Shown: one piece after another, positions 51,023 to 64,000 of the stretch
Layout of the letters: every line of letters starts with the position of its first letter
Position numbering within the stretch: position 1 is the stretch's first letter
Assembly: GCF_964204865.1 (NCBI RefSeq)
Contig: NC_135256.1
Span: forward strand, 9,486,001 to 9,550,000
Length of the DNA stretch: 64,000 nucleotides
Reading direction: 5' to 3'
DNA from: Styela clava
Taxonomy: Eukaryota
The notes under the pieces: model-generated
What the model was told of the DNA's origin: nothing
The model's database searches: none
Seen by the model: the letters and a program-made list of their open reading frames with translations, nothing else
Translations under genes and position numbers: made by a program

Positions 51023-52516
51023 TACACACGGCAAAGCCCTACATTTCAAAATTTACTCAAAAACTACCCAGTCTTTTTCACATCTATGAGAACCTCAACT
51101 TTTAATAAATTAGACGTGAATGTATATGTATGCATCCATTGTTACGTAACAGTATCAAATATACAGAAATTCACCGTACTAGTTGACTGCATTACGAATA
51201 AACCTAGTGCATTCCCACAACTTTATTCAAGGCAGGGCGACATAACTACAAATCTAGCTGTGTACCTACTTATACATTGATTTACTCACGATTGTGATTT
51301 ACTTTAGAATATATATATTAGTTTGTTTGAAAGTGAACTGTATTTTTTGTCCGTGTTCAGTTAGATGAGTTGAGAATTGTTCATTACAAAATTCTTCAAT
51401 CGGGATTATCCATATTACATATTTCGAATATTTCAGCGGTTTCGAAAATTTCATGGTATTCATTTTTATTATCTATTGTCAAACGTAATATTTCAACTAA
51501 TTTTATCGGCTGATGCCGGTAAAGTGGGATATGTGAAATTGAAGAACAAACGAATAAACGTCGGAACGAAAACGAAATTGGACCTTCAATAAAATTGAAA
51601 AATATTGCATTACCCAAAACAAAGGAGGTGTAAATTCACCATTTTCACGTAGTGGTTTCATTGGAATGACGGCGCAATTAGTGCATATTTGATACCGTCG
51701 GAACAATTTGGATTCAGACATTATTACTCAACAGTCCCGATACGGAGATGTGGATAATCTTGCAAAGGAAACAATAAATAAACCTTATATCGACCTAATG
51801 CTTCCAATTTCCGTCTCAGAAGCAAAATACACATTGCCACGGATATTGCAAACCGTGTTCTCGTACCTGAGACCGTAGTACACTACCTTATACTTCATTA
51901 CCAGCAATTTAATCACCAGCTAATTTCAATCAGATATATTTCGGATTAATTGCTTTTTATAATTAATTTATTTGTATTTTTTGATTTATTCGCAAACATT
52001 TTATAGTGTGTGGTAGAATTTATTTTGCGTTGGTTAATGGTGCAAAAGACCGCTGATGTTATACGCGGCATAAAACATATTATAACATCAAAAAAGCGAC
52101 TTTCGGCGATTCTTTCTATCATTACAAGATATGGTAAACCAAGTAAGCACAGAACCACCATAGGAAGCTTATCTTAGGCTGAAGAGGTGACTATCACTAA
52201 AACGTCTGTTCGTGTATTACGGAAACTGGATTTTCTCGAGAGTTTGACCTACAGGCTGTATAATTTCAAAAGTAATGACCGCAATCGTTTCAGTCGAGTA
52301 ATCTTTCATCCGACATGCATCAAAAATTATGTGTCAAATCATATTATTAAGTAAATCCATTTGTACATTGGAGTCTCTTTTTCCTTACATATGGACTTGG
52401 ATATTCATTTTATGCATATTTGCCTTGCCATATTACAACAGAATCATCATGGGGAGAAATTTGTTTCATGTAACATTGAAGTATGCATAGTAGCGTTGAA
52501 CAATACGAGTATGATC

Positions 52517-52751
52517 GGTACTCATGTAGTCTGTGAACAAAGATGGCGGACACCGTAACGTAATATGTGTACCAGGTTAGGGTTAGGTCATAATTTCAGG
52601 TACAAATACTACGGGAGTCACTTGTCTAGTCCCCGAACTCTTGATAGAACTAAAATAAGGAAATTGAAATAAAATTATGTCCCAACCCTAACCTGGTACA
52701 CATACTACGTTTCAGTGCCCGTCATATTGGTTCACACACTTCGGGGGCGCC
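52517..52751. mobile_element. Palindromic MITE family B
   Basis: Same TIRs as 30653; TSD GTATGATC/TTATGATC. Confidence 0.85.
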
Positions 52752-55700
52752 TTATGATCTATATTCTGTATTATTATAACAAAATAAAAGCATTAATTCG
52801 GGAAGAGGATGGATGAAACCAAATAATTGTGACAGTAAATTTAATTATGTCGAATTGTAATGTAGCGGTAAGTTCAAACGATTGATTGGACACGCCCGCT
52901 AAATTGTGAAACCCGTAGAAAATTTAATCTGCTGCAAAACCACGCCTTACGTTCTATAGTCTGATGACGCAAGTAAAGAACTTTATCCTCCGGTAGAGAT
53001 GCGCAGATTGAACAGATAAAAAATTCACGGCAGTCAGACATGGAATGCAAAGTGCAATGCTGAAATAGCATCACGTGAACATAATTTTTCCGAGTGCACC
53101 AAGAATAATGGTATATACGCCGGAGTAAAAGACATGAGGCAAAATCAAGGACATGACACCGCACACGTACACAGCCCTGGGGTAAAATAAACAATAAAAA
53201 AAAAGAGAAAAATCGATTCCGGTCATTAAACAAAAATTTAGTCCTGTTCGATTTTTGGTTTCCTAAAATGCAACGTTACAAAAGCAAGTTCATTGTTTGT
53301 TTGCAACACTAAGGAGTTCGTGCCCATTGACTTAATTAAGTTCGCTTCGCTCTACTCTGTCTTATTTGTATGTAACCTATTAAAAGACCATTTTTCTTGC
53401 ACAACGGGTTAATATGAATTGGACCTTCAGGCAAAATTTAGCAAAGATGGATTAGTGTTCTTTATTTGCGATAACGTTTGTCGTCTGCATTTGAATTCGA
53501 ATCAGAAATAAGCACGTATATGGCTATACGTAAAACATCATAACACACCTAGAAAATAGGAATAATGACGACGGCGTGATAGTTTTTGTTATCTTTTACA
53601 CGAAAAATTTCTTATGTTTTCTTACTATATCTAAGAAAGACACATTATAGAACATTTATATTCAACTCCATAATAATGTACTAAATAGTCAAATATTAGC
53701 CATCTTATTGTAGGGGTTATTAGTGAATTTTCTCGAAATGCATAACATTTCCTAAACGCATTCAGGGTAATATGTGTCAGTATCTTTAGTTCAGTTAATC
53801 AGCGATGTGTATCATATTATACTCTAAGACCTAAGTCGATTAGTGTATATCCGCAGACTTGATATTCATGTCACAAACCACCATCATAACAGTATCGTCA
53901 AATGGTTTTCAAAACCGACTAACGATAAAATAATTTAACTCTTGTCAGGACAAATAGCATGATAACAGTCAGAATAACTGAAGGCGTTATCAAATACATG
54001 GTTACGTTAATAACTTTATTACGAGTAATTCGTATAACAAATTATTGGTGAATTTATTACGCCGTGTGTCAGTTAGGTAATGTCACAAAAACGTGATCAT
54101 AATAACAGATATGAATTCCTATTATTCAGTTTCGTGATCATTTTGGATTAACAATTTTCACAAACAATTTCGATTTAAAAAACGTGAATTTGAACATGGC
54201 ATAATCCTCACTCTTTATAGTCCCGAACATGAACTCATCGTCCGATCTTGAATATGTGTAAGAATATATTTTAAGATGTGATCGCAAATTTTATAAATTT
54301 TACACCAACGAATATTGTTAGAAAAAGATAAAAATGTGAGAAGTATTAAAACTATTCCATGTAACGATTCCTTCGTGGATATCAACAACCAGTATGACAT
54401 ATATACTCCTATAATTAAAGTTGAGCCCGAGAAGCTTATTTCAGAATACCAACAATACAACGTATATTTATTTTGGATGATTCGCGAAGGCGAATGTTTT
54501 TGCCAAAACTATAGTGATATATCAAATATATATATTAGTAATCCAACATCTCATTAAAGATTTTTTTGATAAGGTTTTTGTTTATGACAGAAACAAAACT
54601 GAGAAAATAGAAAAACGATATTTGCATAAAAACATTTTTTCAATACTTCAATTTATTTATAGTTAACAACTTATCGACTCCGCCAACCTCAAAAACGAGT
54701 TTAATTTTGCTACAGATTAAGTTAAAGTTTGTTTCCTAAAACTTAACTCGCAAGACGGTAGACATAAACATAGAAACAAGTTTTGCAAAATTGTGGTAAC
54801 TCGAAAAATTGGCTATGTGTGCAACTGTTTTAGATTGTGCTATAAAACTGAAAACGACAAGTTTTCAATTGCGAAAATTGTTTTTCAACATCCGTTTACA
54901 TTGACCGAAATCTTTCAGCTGCGCAGATATTTCACATAATGCTCTAGCGATGTTAAACTAATAATTTCTAATATTTATCAATGTTAGCAATAATATCATA
55001 AATATATTTTAAATTAAAGACAAATATTTATATACACAAAACGTCACAGAGATCAGTTCATATGATCATTTCAACGTGTTCAAAATAAGTAATTATAAAT
55101 CAAGCAATTGTCGGCGTAAATTAGAGGGGAAATTAATTCGGTACGTTTGGAAAACAACAGTAGGCATACTATATTACTGCTAGTAGTCTTACACAATAGA
55201 GGACTCATGTAAACAAAAATCCTCTTTGTTGTCTGGTGTATCATTATGTTTGAACCTTGGATTTCGAATCAATAACCTCCATTATGAACTCTCGTGTAAG
55301 TGATGAACTCGTTCTGTATATTGCATGCATTGTTGGAAGTTTCCACAAATAAATTGTATTCAATGTCCGCGAATTGGCAGATTTTCGGATAGCACTCAGT
55401 TGAATCGTGTCATTCGATATTCTGCTCCTCATCTATATTTTCAAAAACTTATCATCTGGATGATAAAAATATTGTTGTCGTAATGGGGCACGGAAATATT
55501 GTTTACGTCCCTTTCGTTTTGGCCAGAATATCTTATTTTGCGACACCCAGGTTTCATTAGCTGTAATTTCGATATTTGATTGATTCGGGTTTGCGGCTTA
55601 GTGCCATAAACACGTCGTCCATAATCATTCGATGATTTTCGATTCCATAAGAGAAAAGAAACGATAAAAAACACGATAAACGACGGTTTAACATGCCGTC

Positions 55701-58700
55701 ACGAAATGTCAAAAAGTGGCGGAGACTTGATGACTTTATGATAAGCTGCGTTGTTTTGTTGCTACCGGCAAAATTCTGTTTTTGCATCATTGCCGCAAAA
55801 CCTGTTATTGGATCGTTATATTCTGAGTCATCTTCCGCGCGCTGTTTATCCAAATTAAGTAGGCGAGCTAAATTTAGTGTGCGCTCATCATATTGAATAC
55901 AACTTCAATCCAATCTAAATAGCTTGTTGGTAACGACTGATTTAATACATTTGTCATTATTTGGTCACGTCTTTTATGCGATATCAGGGGGCATTGCTCT
56001 GCATTCTGCGATTAACGCCTGAAATGAAAGTTCTGAATAAAAATATCCAAGACAATGATATGTATATCAAATTTTATGAAAGCAAATTAGTGGGTATATA
56101 GGTGCGAGCTCAGATGTTATATCGTGTACAATTTTGACTTTGCCAACAATCTTCTACACATGATATCACTTGCGGAACTTATGAAATGACCAATGTTTCC
56201 CGATATTTCCACGCCAATATGTAAAGATCTATAATCGAAATTAACCTATAGATAACTCAATATCAAAAGTCATTTAGTCGTTTAATTAAAACAGATAACT
56301 CAGACAAAAATTGAAGGGCTATCGAGTTAGCTTGATTTAAGTCAACCACAATCTGAAATAATAACAGTTGCATTTTCAAATAAAGAAAATAGAAAAATTC
56401 GCAGAATATATTTTGCTTTTTTTTAATTCTGCATAGCTTACATAATGAAAAATTGAAAAAGAAGACTAGTGTGGTTTTATAAAAAAAAGTAGTAAATCCG
56501 GATAAAACCTCTTTAAACTCGTACTATCAGATTACACTAGAATAAAAATACCTTTTATCTACCACATGAATATACGTTGTGTTATTGGGCAATTTTATTG
56601 AGTTCAGTCAATGATGTAACCAAAAAACGTATTCAAAATTTAAATTTTTGTTGCCATATATTGGAATGGAGTAAAACTGTTGCATTGTGCCTATTTGATA
56701 TAGTATGTTAAAATAAATATTGTTTTTCAATTTGTCATATAGACAGAATTTTTTCTTTCCCACCATTGCAAATAAATCATATCAAGCACTGACTAAGGCA
56801 ACATATTCCGTTGAGCAAGTCGTATTCTTTTTCAACAAAATACATATAATTTTTCATTTTCTTACTTTACATAAATTTATATAACATTTTATTCTACCTT
56901 CGTTGACCTATTACCTCAAATAGATTTAGGAGATTTGCAGCAATGGCACGAAACGCCTATGGCAATTGGAATTATAAATACTTATTGTTGTCACTGTTTT
57001 TGCAGACGTTTTCAAATTTCACGTCGATATTTCAACTTAATTTTTTTTCAATCAACCAGATTTTGTCTATTTATCGTAAAATTTCGTTCCGAATACGTAT
57101 TTTGGTAGCGAAGTATAGTTGATTTAAAAATATGTAAATTATAGAATGAAAGGGCACCTGAATAAATAACATTTACAAAAGCAAAGTTGATCTTACGCGT
57201 ACTTGCAATCAAAAATGACTTAATATAGAACTTTATTTTAACAATGTAAAATTCAAAGTAAGTCATCGGGCAGGTTATATCTTTTTGCCTTGTTTGAATT
57301 CATTCAGCTAAATTCATCTAATTAGCAATAGTTTCGCTGACGTTGAACCAAAACAGATTACTGATTTAATGCAGGCTGGTATACCTGCTGCCGGCTATGT
57401 TTTATAATTATTAATTTAATTTATTTGCATTGTTTGTGCAAACTCCTTGATTCCGGCTACAGCCACCCGTCGGGCACGCCGTATTATACCACTATAAACA
57501 ACATCGGCCGCCTATTTACCGTTTGATACCCATAAACTGTCATATTCTTCATTTGTTTCTTCACATTAGATACAAATTATCAGTACCTAATGTTTTGCAG
57601 AAGATTTGCATACCTTACCAAGCGAGGGATAAAGCTGTTGAAATATTCAAAGAGCATACTTGACTTTTATCTATAATTACTGTAAATCATTACTGTGTTG
57701 GTATCTCGTGTAATTTAAATAAACCTCTGCGAAGGGACAACGCTTTATAGACATGTTGGTATTTACCACCTAATTTTACTCTCATTCCTGCTTGAGGGAA
57801 CGACATAAATTTTGACTACGTCACTTCGCAATAATTTATTATCGTCATAATATATCGCTTTTAATGTCATTTGATTTTAATCGGAAAAAATAAAATTTTA
57901 CGTCGCTGAAAATTAACTGTGATATGATTCAGCAGCACATTCGCCTCCGAAACTGTTTCGTAAAGTTTCTGTATCAAAATAAATCTGTTGTTTTCAACAT
58001 TCCTGTCATCGATATCACAAATTATATTGAAAATTTCGATGGCGTCACAATTCGTGTGTTTGATCACGCGTGTAACAAAATGTGTTAATAAAAAAACATA
58101 CTCGAACAACAAGTCATTCATAGATGAACTTAACGCTACAAAAAGATGGCAAAATTGATTCATTTTCTATTGTTTTTTTTTTCTATGACATATATCTCTT
58201 GATACAGCTGGTGACTTCGAAACCCTTGCAGGCACGGCTATCGGGGAAGTTGCTGCAAGTCACCATCGTAAAAATATTACATCAGTTTGAGAAATAATGT
58301 GAATTTGTTAATATAATTAAGCTCCAGACGCTCTTAAGAAGTTTAAATTTGTATTTTTCACTGCTTTGTTACTCTTAATCCTCTAACTCGGTGACAAATT
58401 TGTACTTCACGCCCCATTCTGTTGCTCCTATAGACATTGATTATTAATTTTGAATGATGTAAAATAAAATTCCAAATTGCGACCAATTGTTATTTGTTAT
58501 ACATAAAATCAAACAATATTCTTTTCAAAAAGCATCGGTTGAATAAAAAAGAAACCAGAAGTGTCGCAGAAGAACTATTCGTCTTATGCAAATATTTTTA
58601 TAACGTAACACTCACTAGATTATTTTACAAAAGTTGAACGAAGGTGCAGCAAATTTATATTTATCAAGTTATAATTAGTAAGTCAAAAAATCATTGAATG

Positions 58701-59284
58701 TCTTATATGAATCATCAGGAATGAAGTAACTGTCTGAGATTGTTACAAAACGGTACAATCATAACTGAAACTGGAAATGAAAATATATCACGATTTCCGA
58801 AACTACAATTCCATCATCTACACTTACAGTCTGAAAAATTATTTTCCCGTAACTCGTATCAAATCTATGGCAGGGGGACTTATCAACGTCAGTGAATGTT
58901 TTCGAGGATTAATACAAAGCTTTAGCTTATACACCACATTGATCGGTAATTTCCCATATGGTTGTTGTAAAGTCATAATTTTGTGACATATAAAATAAAT
59001 TAATTACCGTGACTAAATGAAGAAAAATATTATTAGGGTTTATTTAAAATATTAAATCTCGATGTATAGTAAAATGATACTTTTCTATTTGACTTTAGAA
59101 TACTTGGTACCACGGAACAGCCCTGTAGAAGTCTGTGATCGAAAAGGTTTGATATAATTGATAAAAGTAAATTGGGTATCAGATTTTATTAAAACACACA
59201 CTCCACTCACAAACACTACCAAAACAAAATAATTAAACTATGAGATCGAGAAGATAAAATATTTAGATAGTCATAATTTTATTT

Positions 59285-59519
59285 CGTACTCCCGTAGTAT
59301 GTGAACCAAGATGGCGGACATCAGAACGTAGTATGTGTACCAGTTAGGGTTAGGCCATAATTCCAGGTAACAATACTACGGGAGCCACTTGACTCGTCCC
59401 CGAACTTGTAATAGAACTAAAATAAGGAAAATTGGAATAAAATCATGGCCTAACCCTAACCTGATACACATACCACGTTCAAGTGTCCGCCATCTTGGTG
59501 CACACACTACGGGAGTGCC
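59285..59519. mobile_element. Palindromic MITE family B
   Basis: Same TIRs; TSD TTTTATTT on both sides. Confidence 0.85.
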
Positions 59520-60888
59520 TTTTATTTCACGCAGTAGGGATGTCTTCGAGTATAATTTTTACTATAAAATACCTGCGTAAAATGTCTAACTAAACGATCT
59601 CTGAACGTATTGATTCTAATGGATTCTCATGTTTTCGCGTTAGTTTTTAAAATTCCTGGTCTATGGAGATAAAGTTTGAACATCACATAAAATATGGCAT
59701 TTCTAAGCGTTACTTCACATATTTGCTCAAATTAATCAATAATGTAATCGATGCGAAAACCTATTTTTGCATTAGGCAGGTATTACGTCTTTAAAACAAC
59801 GTTTAAATTTTTTTACGCATCCCTGACATTCGCAGTTGGAACCTATGTGTGTAACTCTATTTTAATTATTTTTATTTTACTGACCCTAGTGACTGCTGAA
59901 GATCTACGTCTTGGCGCGAATTTCTTTTTTTAAATTGAATAAGTATTTTGATTAAGAATTTTGGAAATTGAAAGAGTAGAACGCCATAATATCAGATAAT
60001 TTTTCACTGATTCTTTTTTACTACCGACTTTTTGGCTTTTTCTTTTCTTCATTTGAACTTCCATACGGTTTAACAACTACAGGTTGTTGTTGTCGTTTTC
60101 TTAAAATAAAAGATATAAAATTAACCGAAATATATTTGTCGTGCTTTGCCCTAAGGGTGATGAACAACCACCATATAACCGGCTGTTCAGAGCGTAAAAA
60201 CACATAACGTCGTATAGAACATCGAAAAACGGAACTTTGTGTCAGCAGTGGTACTTTATATTGAATGTGTCGTATTTAATATGTCTACGTGTCAAAGCAT
60301 TAGCCTGAGAAATGCTCTCTGAAGATAGGAAATCATTAAAACTTATATCGTGTTAAGTTTTCAATTTTTATCGTATTTCCTGTTTTATATTTCTGAGCTG
60401 TAACAAAATGTAATTCACAGTATTTTTTTGGTTGCTCGATTGGATAAAACATTAGGTACAGAGTATATGAACAAATGATGTTCTTAGATTTTTTTGTACA
60501 ATCAGAATTTTCCATTATAACTTTATATATCATTTTTTAAAATTATAAACTAAAAATAAATTCTTTCTTTTTTTTTCTGAGAAGCAACTGTCTAAAGAAC
60601 ATTTGATATATTTCCAAATTATTGTATTAAAAACCACACGGTGTACTATTTTTATTATATGTTAATTGCCTGAGATACTATACAGAAATGACCTTGCTTC
60701 GATTAATGCGAGTTTCTTGCTTCCTTCTCGCTGAACATTGAATTGAATATTCTCTACAATTTTAGTTGCCACTGTTATTATTTTTGATTTTCATTAATTT
60801 TTTCTGATACAGATTACTGTTTATAACTTAATATCGAAACTATTTCTTCTTTGTTTTTGTTTCAACTAATTTAGAAAATACAACGACT

Positions 60889-63800
60889 ATGCTTAGATAC
60901 GGCATTCTTTTACTGTTTGCCGTGATATTCAATTCGGTGCAGACTGGTGGCACTAAAAGATGTACCTCCAAGTCAACGCCGATAGGTGAGTACCGTTTTT
61001 TTATGTGAATTTTTCTTCAAACAGCAGATTCGATACCTTATATTTCTGATCCAATCCCGCAAACATCCCGACCCCGAGAGAGTAACTTTGATTTACAGAA
61101 ACTGTCTAGATATATATTTTGAAAACTGAACTTTCTTGAGAGTGCAATAAAACTTTTGAAGTTTTGACAAGATGATGCCGAATTTATCCTATTTGTTTGG
61201 GCATTGGTATTTATTCAAAATCTATTTGGCGCTATATAAATTTATTTTACCCTAACTTTTTTATTTTAGAACAAACATGCACGTTTCAAAGTGATGATGC
61301 TACAATTACTATTGATGGAGACGAAGAAGAATGCAAAAAATACCCAACAAATTGCTGCTGGAAAAACGACAGATGCTTGACAATCATGAAATGTACGTTG
61401 AAAATCATTGCTGTAAAAACAGATAATATTATTTTAGTGAGATTGATAAACAATGTAGAAACTGTATTTCGTATTAGTATCGGCATAAGCTTTATATTAT
61501 AATGTCACAATTTATAATATAACCAGTTAAGTCCCTGGAGGTAAATCAAAAGTTGATTTTAATGATATTCATTTTTTTTTATTTTTAATTTGGAGTTTAG
61601 AGTTATTGCCCTAATTCGTTTATTTGGTTGCCTAATAAACTGCAATCTTCTATGCTTGTTTGTGCACAAATTTCATTTTGGTGGTATTCGACTTGTGCTT
61701 TGAAAACGCTAAAATGGATTCAACGTTTAGACGTCTTCTGTTTTTTCAATTTATTTCTCAAAACTTTCGTTCGTGCACTATTCGCAATCAGTAAAATTTT
61801 TTACAATGTAAGTATAGCAGTTTGCTTGCTCACTGATAAAACGTAATGGAATGAACAAGCATCAAATATCAAAAAGAAATATTGTATTTTGATCTTGCCA
61901 ATTATTTACGTTCAGCTGCTGGCAAGAAAAAAGAATCAAAAGAAAAAACTATTTTCAAGAAACCAGGAGCTGCCAGATTTCTTCCTGGATTTCAACGTAA
62001 GTTTATGTGTGAATTTTTATTTTTGAATTCATTCATTAAAATAACAGTGAAACATCAAACATGTCAGTCACGTTGTTATTTTTTCTCAGAATATTATCAG
62101 AAACGAAATATGTTGAATTTACATCAAAATGTGTAAAGCACATATATTTTACAAAGGTAGAATTAAGATTTTTATCTCTTCTGTAATTTTTAGCACCGAT
62201 TCCACCCATTTGCCCCAAAAAGAAGCCTACGGTTCCACTGGAATGCAAATACCTGACCCCGCAGCCGTACGTGCTTGATCCACCAGTAGATGTACCTTAC
62301 TGTGTCCGGTAAGTATTTTGTTTTAATTAGTTCAGACTGAACGCAGATGCATTCCGTAATCGATTTTTAAAAATACAAATCAATCAACACGTAACGTTTG
62401 TCAAATGCGTAAGCGATTTCTTAACATTTTAAACCGAACGCTATTAATTGTATCTTGCCCGGTTTTCTAAACTATAATATCTATATTCCGACGAAAAGGT
62501 ATTTTTATCTAATCAATTGATATTGTCATATTTATCAGGTTTTATATCTTCGAATATATAAAGGTTATTTTGTCTAAATAGGTTCCCTGAGAAGGGCCCG
62601 CTGACTGTTTGTAGGCATTGGGTCTGTTTTTGTTTTTTCCGAAGCAGGCCGTTGCACGGACCTACTATTCACGGACATTATAACTTCTAAATAATGCAAA
62701 ATTAGACTAAAACTAGGCTAAAACAAAATATTTTTATTATTATATAATTTTTGCGGTTAAGGATACCCTGCTCTGATGATCGTAAAACTCAAGCCATGTT
62801 AGACAGAGAACATTTCGAATGCGGAAGTCAACCGGGATGCTATTTCGACAAAGAATTATCCGATTTTCGACAAGCTTTCGGACCGGGTGTCCTCGCCGGG
62901 GTTCCGGTGTGCCAGTTAGCTATCAGGAACTTGATTTTCCAAAGGGAAGCGCAAAAGTCTATTGCCATGGTAAGTTATCCATCTTTACAAAATGACACAC
63001 TTAGAGACTTTGGAGCACATAAAATTATGCATTAAGGCAACCCTTAAATACTAGTTTTAAAATAACAGTTTAATAGTGTCTTATTTTTAGTAATAATTTG
63101 ACTTTGCCAATTTCAGGTGAAGAAATGGAGTCCTTATTACACCCATTGCTTGCTTGAACGATATGAAGAAGAAATGCAAGAGGAAAGACAGGGATGCAAA
63201 TTTATTGATGTATTGTTGGTTTTCAAAATCTTACCAAAAATGGCTGGGTGGAAAGGTATGTCGTGTTCAAAATTTGGCATAATAGATTAGTTTCCATTTA
63301 CCAGCAGTTTCAATTAAATAGAGATGAATAAAAAATTTCTATCGGATCTCACAAAAAATAATAAATATAGTATAATAAATCAGGACTGACAACTACCTAA
63401 AGTTGGAATAAATGCAAACCAAATTTACAACTACAAACCGCATTCGTAGTGAAAAACAAACTTCAATTGCAAATGTTGTACTATAAGATGCATCGTTACG
63501 TCCTTGCGTGATTATTTTAGCATAAGATTTAACACCCGTAATCGTGTTCAACAGTATTCAAAACGCTATTGTTTTTGTAGTTGGAGCATCATACCTAACT
63601 ATGTTGGCGCACTATCTTAGTCAGGGTGTAATAAATTGAATAGGCAATGGCGATATTTCCCAATATGGTATCCTTTTACGTGCGAGTGACTGCTTATTCA
63701 TAGACTTGTTCCAAGCCGAAGTATGAGAACACCCATTAATATAAAATATTGTGCAGATCAAAGTTGAAAAACAACTATACATAGTCTCTCTATCAACGTT

Positions 63801-64000
63801 ATCTATAGTAACGTTATCTGTAATAAACAATAATAATTATCGGTTTTTGGAAATCAACCTTTCAATTTATTCAGGAATCAACAGGAGACAATGTCATCTT
63901 ATTGATGGTTGTTGGAAATTTTCAAAATGTTTTTATCCGTACGAACTAACCCAAGATTTGACTGTCAAAAGTGGACAACGATTTGACAGGCACAACTATG
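60889..64000 (+). CDS. Secreted Cys-rich protein with divergent trefoil (P-type)-like domains; at least 7 exons, runs off the right edge
   Basis: Signal peptide MLRYGILLLFAVIFNSVQT; motifs EEECKKYPTNCCWKNDRC, RIPC..ECGSQPGCYFD..GVPVC and GWKGINRRQCHLIDGCWKFSKCFYP; phase-consistent exons starting near 60889, 61270, 61916, 62194, 62762, 63117 and 63875. Confidence 0.75.

Noticed and set aside
51100-60800. Many 60-120 aa ORFs in the AT-rich spacer
   Set aside because: No recognisable motifs or consistent exon chain; several overlap MITEs.

Overview
AT-rich, intron-containing eukaryotic (animal) DNA; gene style and trefoil-like proteins suggest an invertebrate chordate such as an ascidian (inference). 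Left to right: the 5' end of a minus-strand orphan secreted proprotein gene; a full-length but disrupted BEL/Pao LTR retrotransposon (4512-13108) carrying a nested hAT/MITE stack; FNTA; ATP6AP2; an SLC5 sodium:solute symporter; a convergent 18-exon minus-strand gene (38430-51022, about 998 aa); and the 5' part of a secreted protein with divergent trefoil-like domains. Introns and spacers hold many non-autonomous hAT elements, palindromic MITEs, tRNA-SINEs and a 72-bp minisatellite. The main finding is the 998-aa gene, which the ORF track shows only as fragments. It joins a CXorf38/DUF4559-type HEPN domain with an intact R-x4-H motif (RNKTMH) to a basic linker and four tandem dsRBD-like repeats. 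This is a candidate dsRNA-sensing ribonuclease. Exon structures were assembled by eye from GT-AG sites and phase consistency; no database searches were run.
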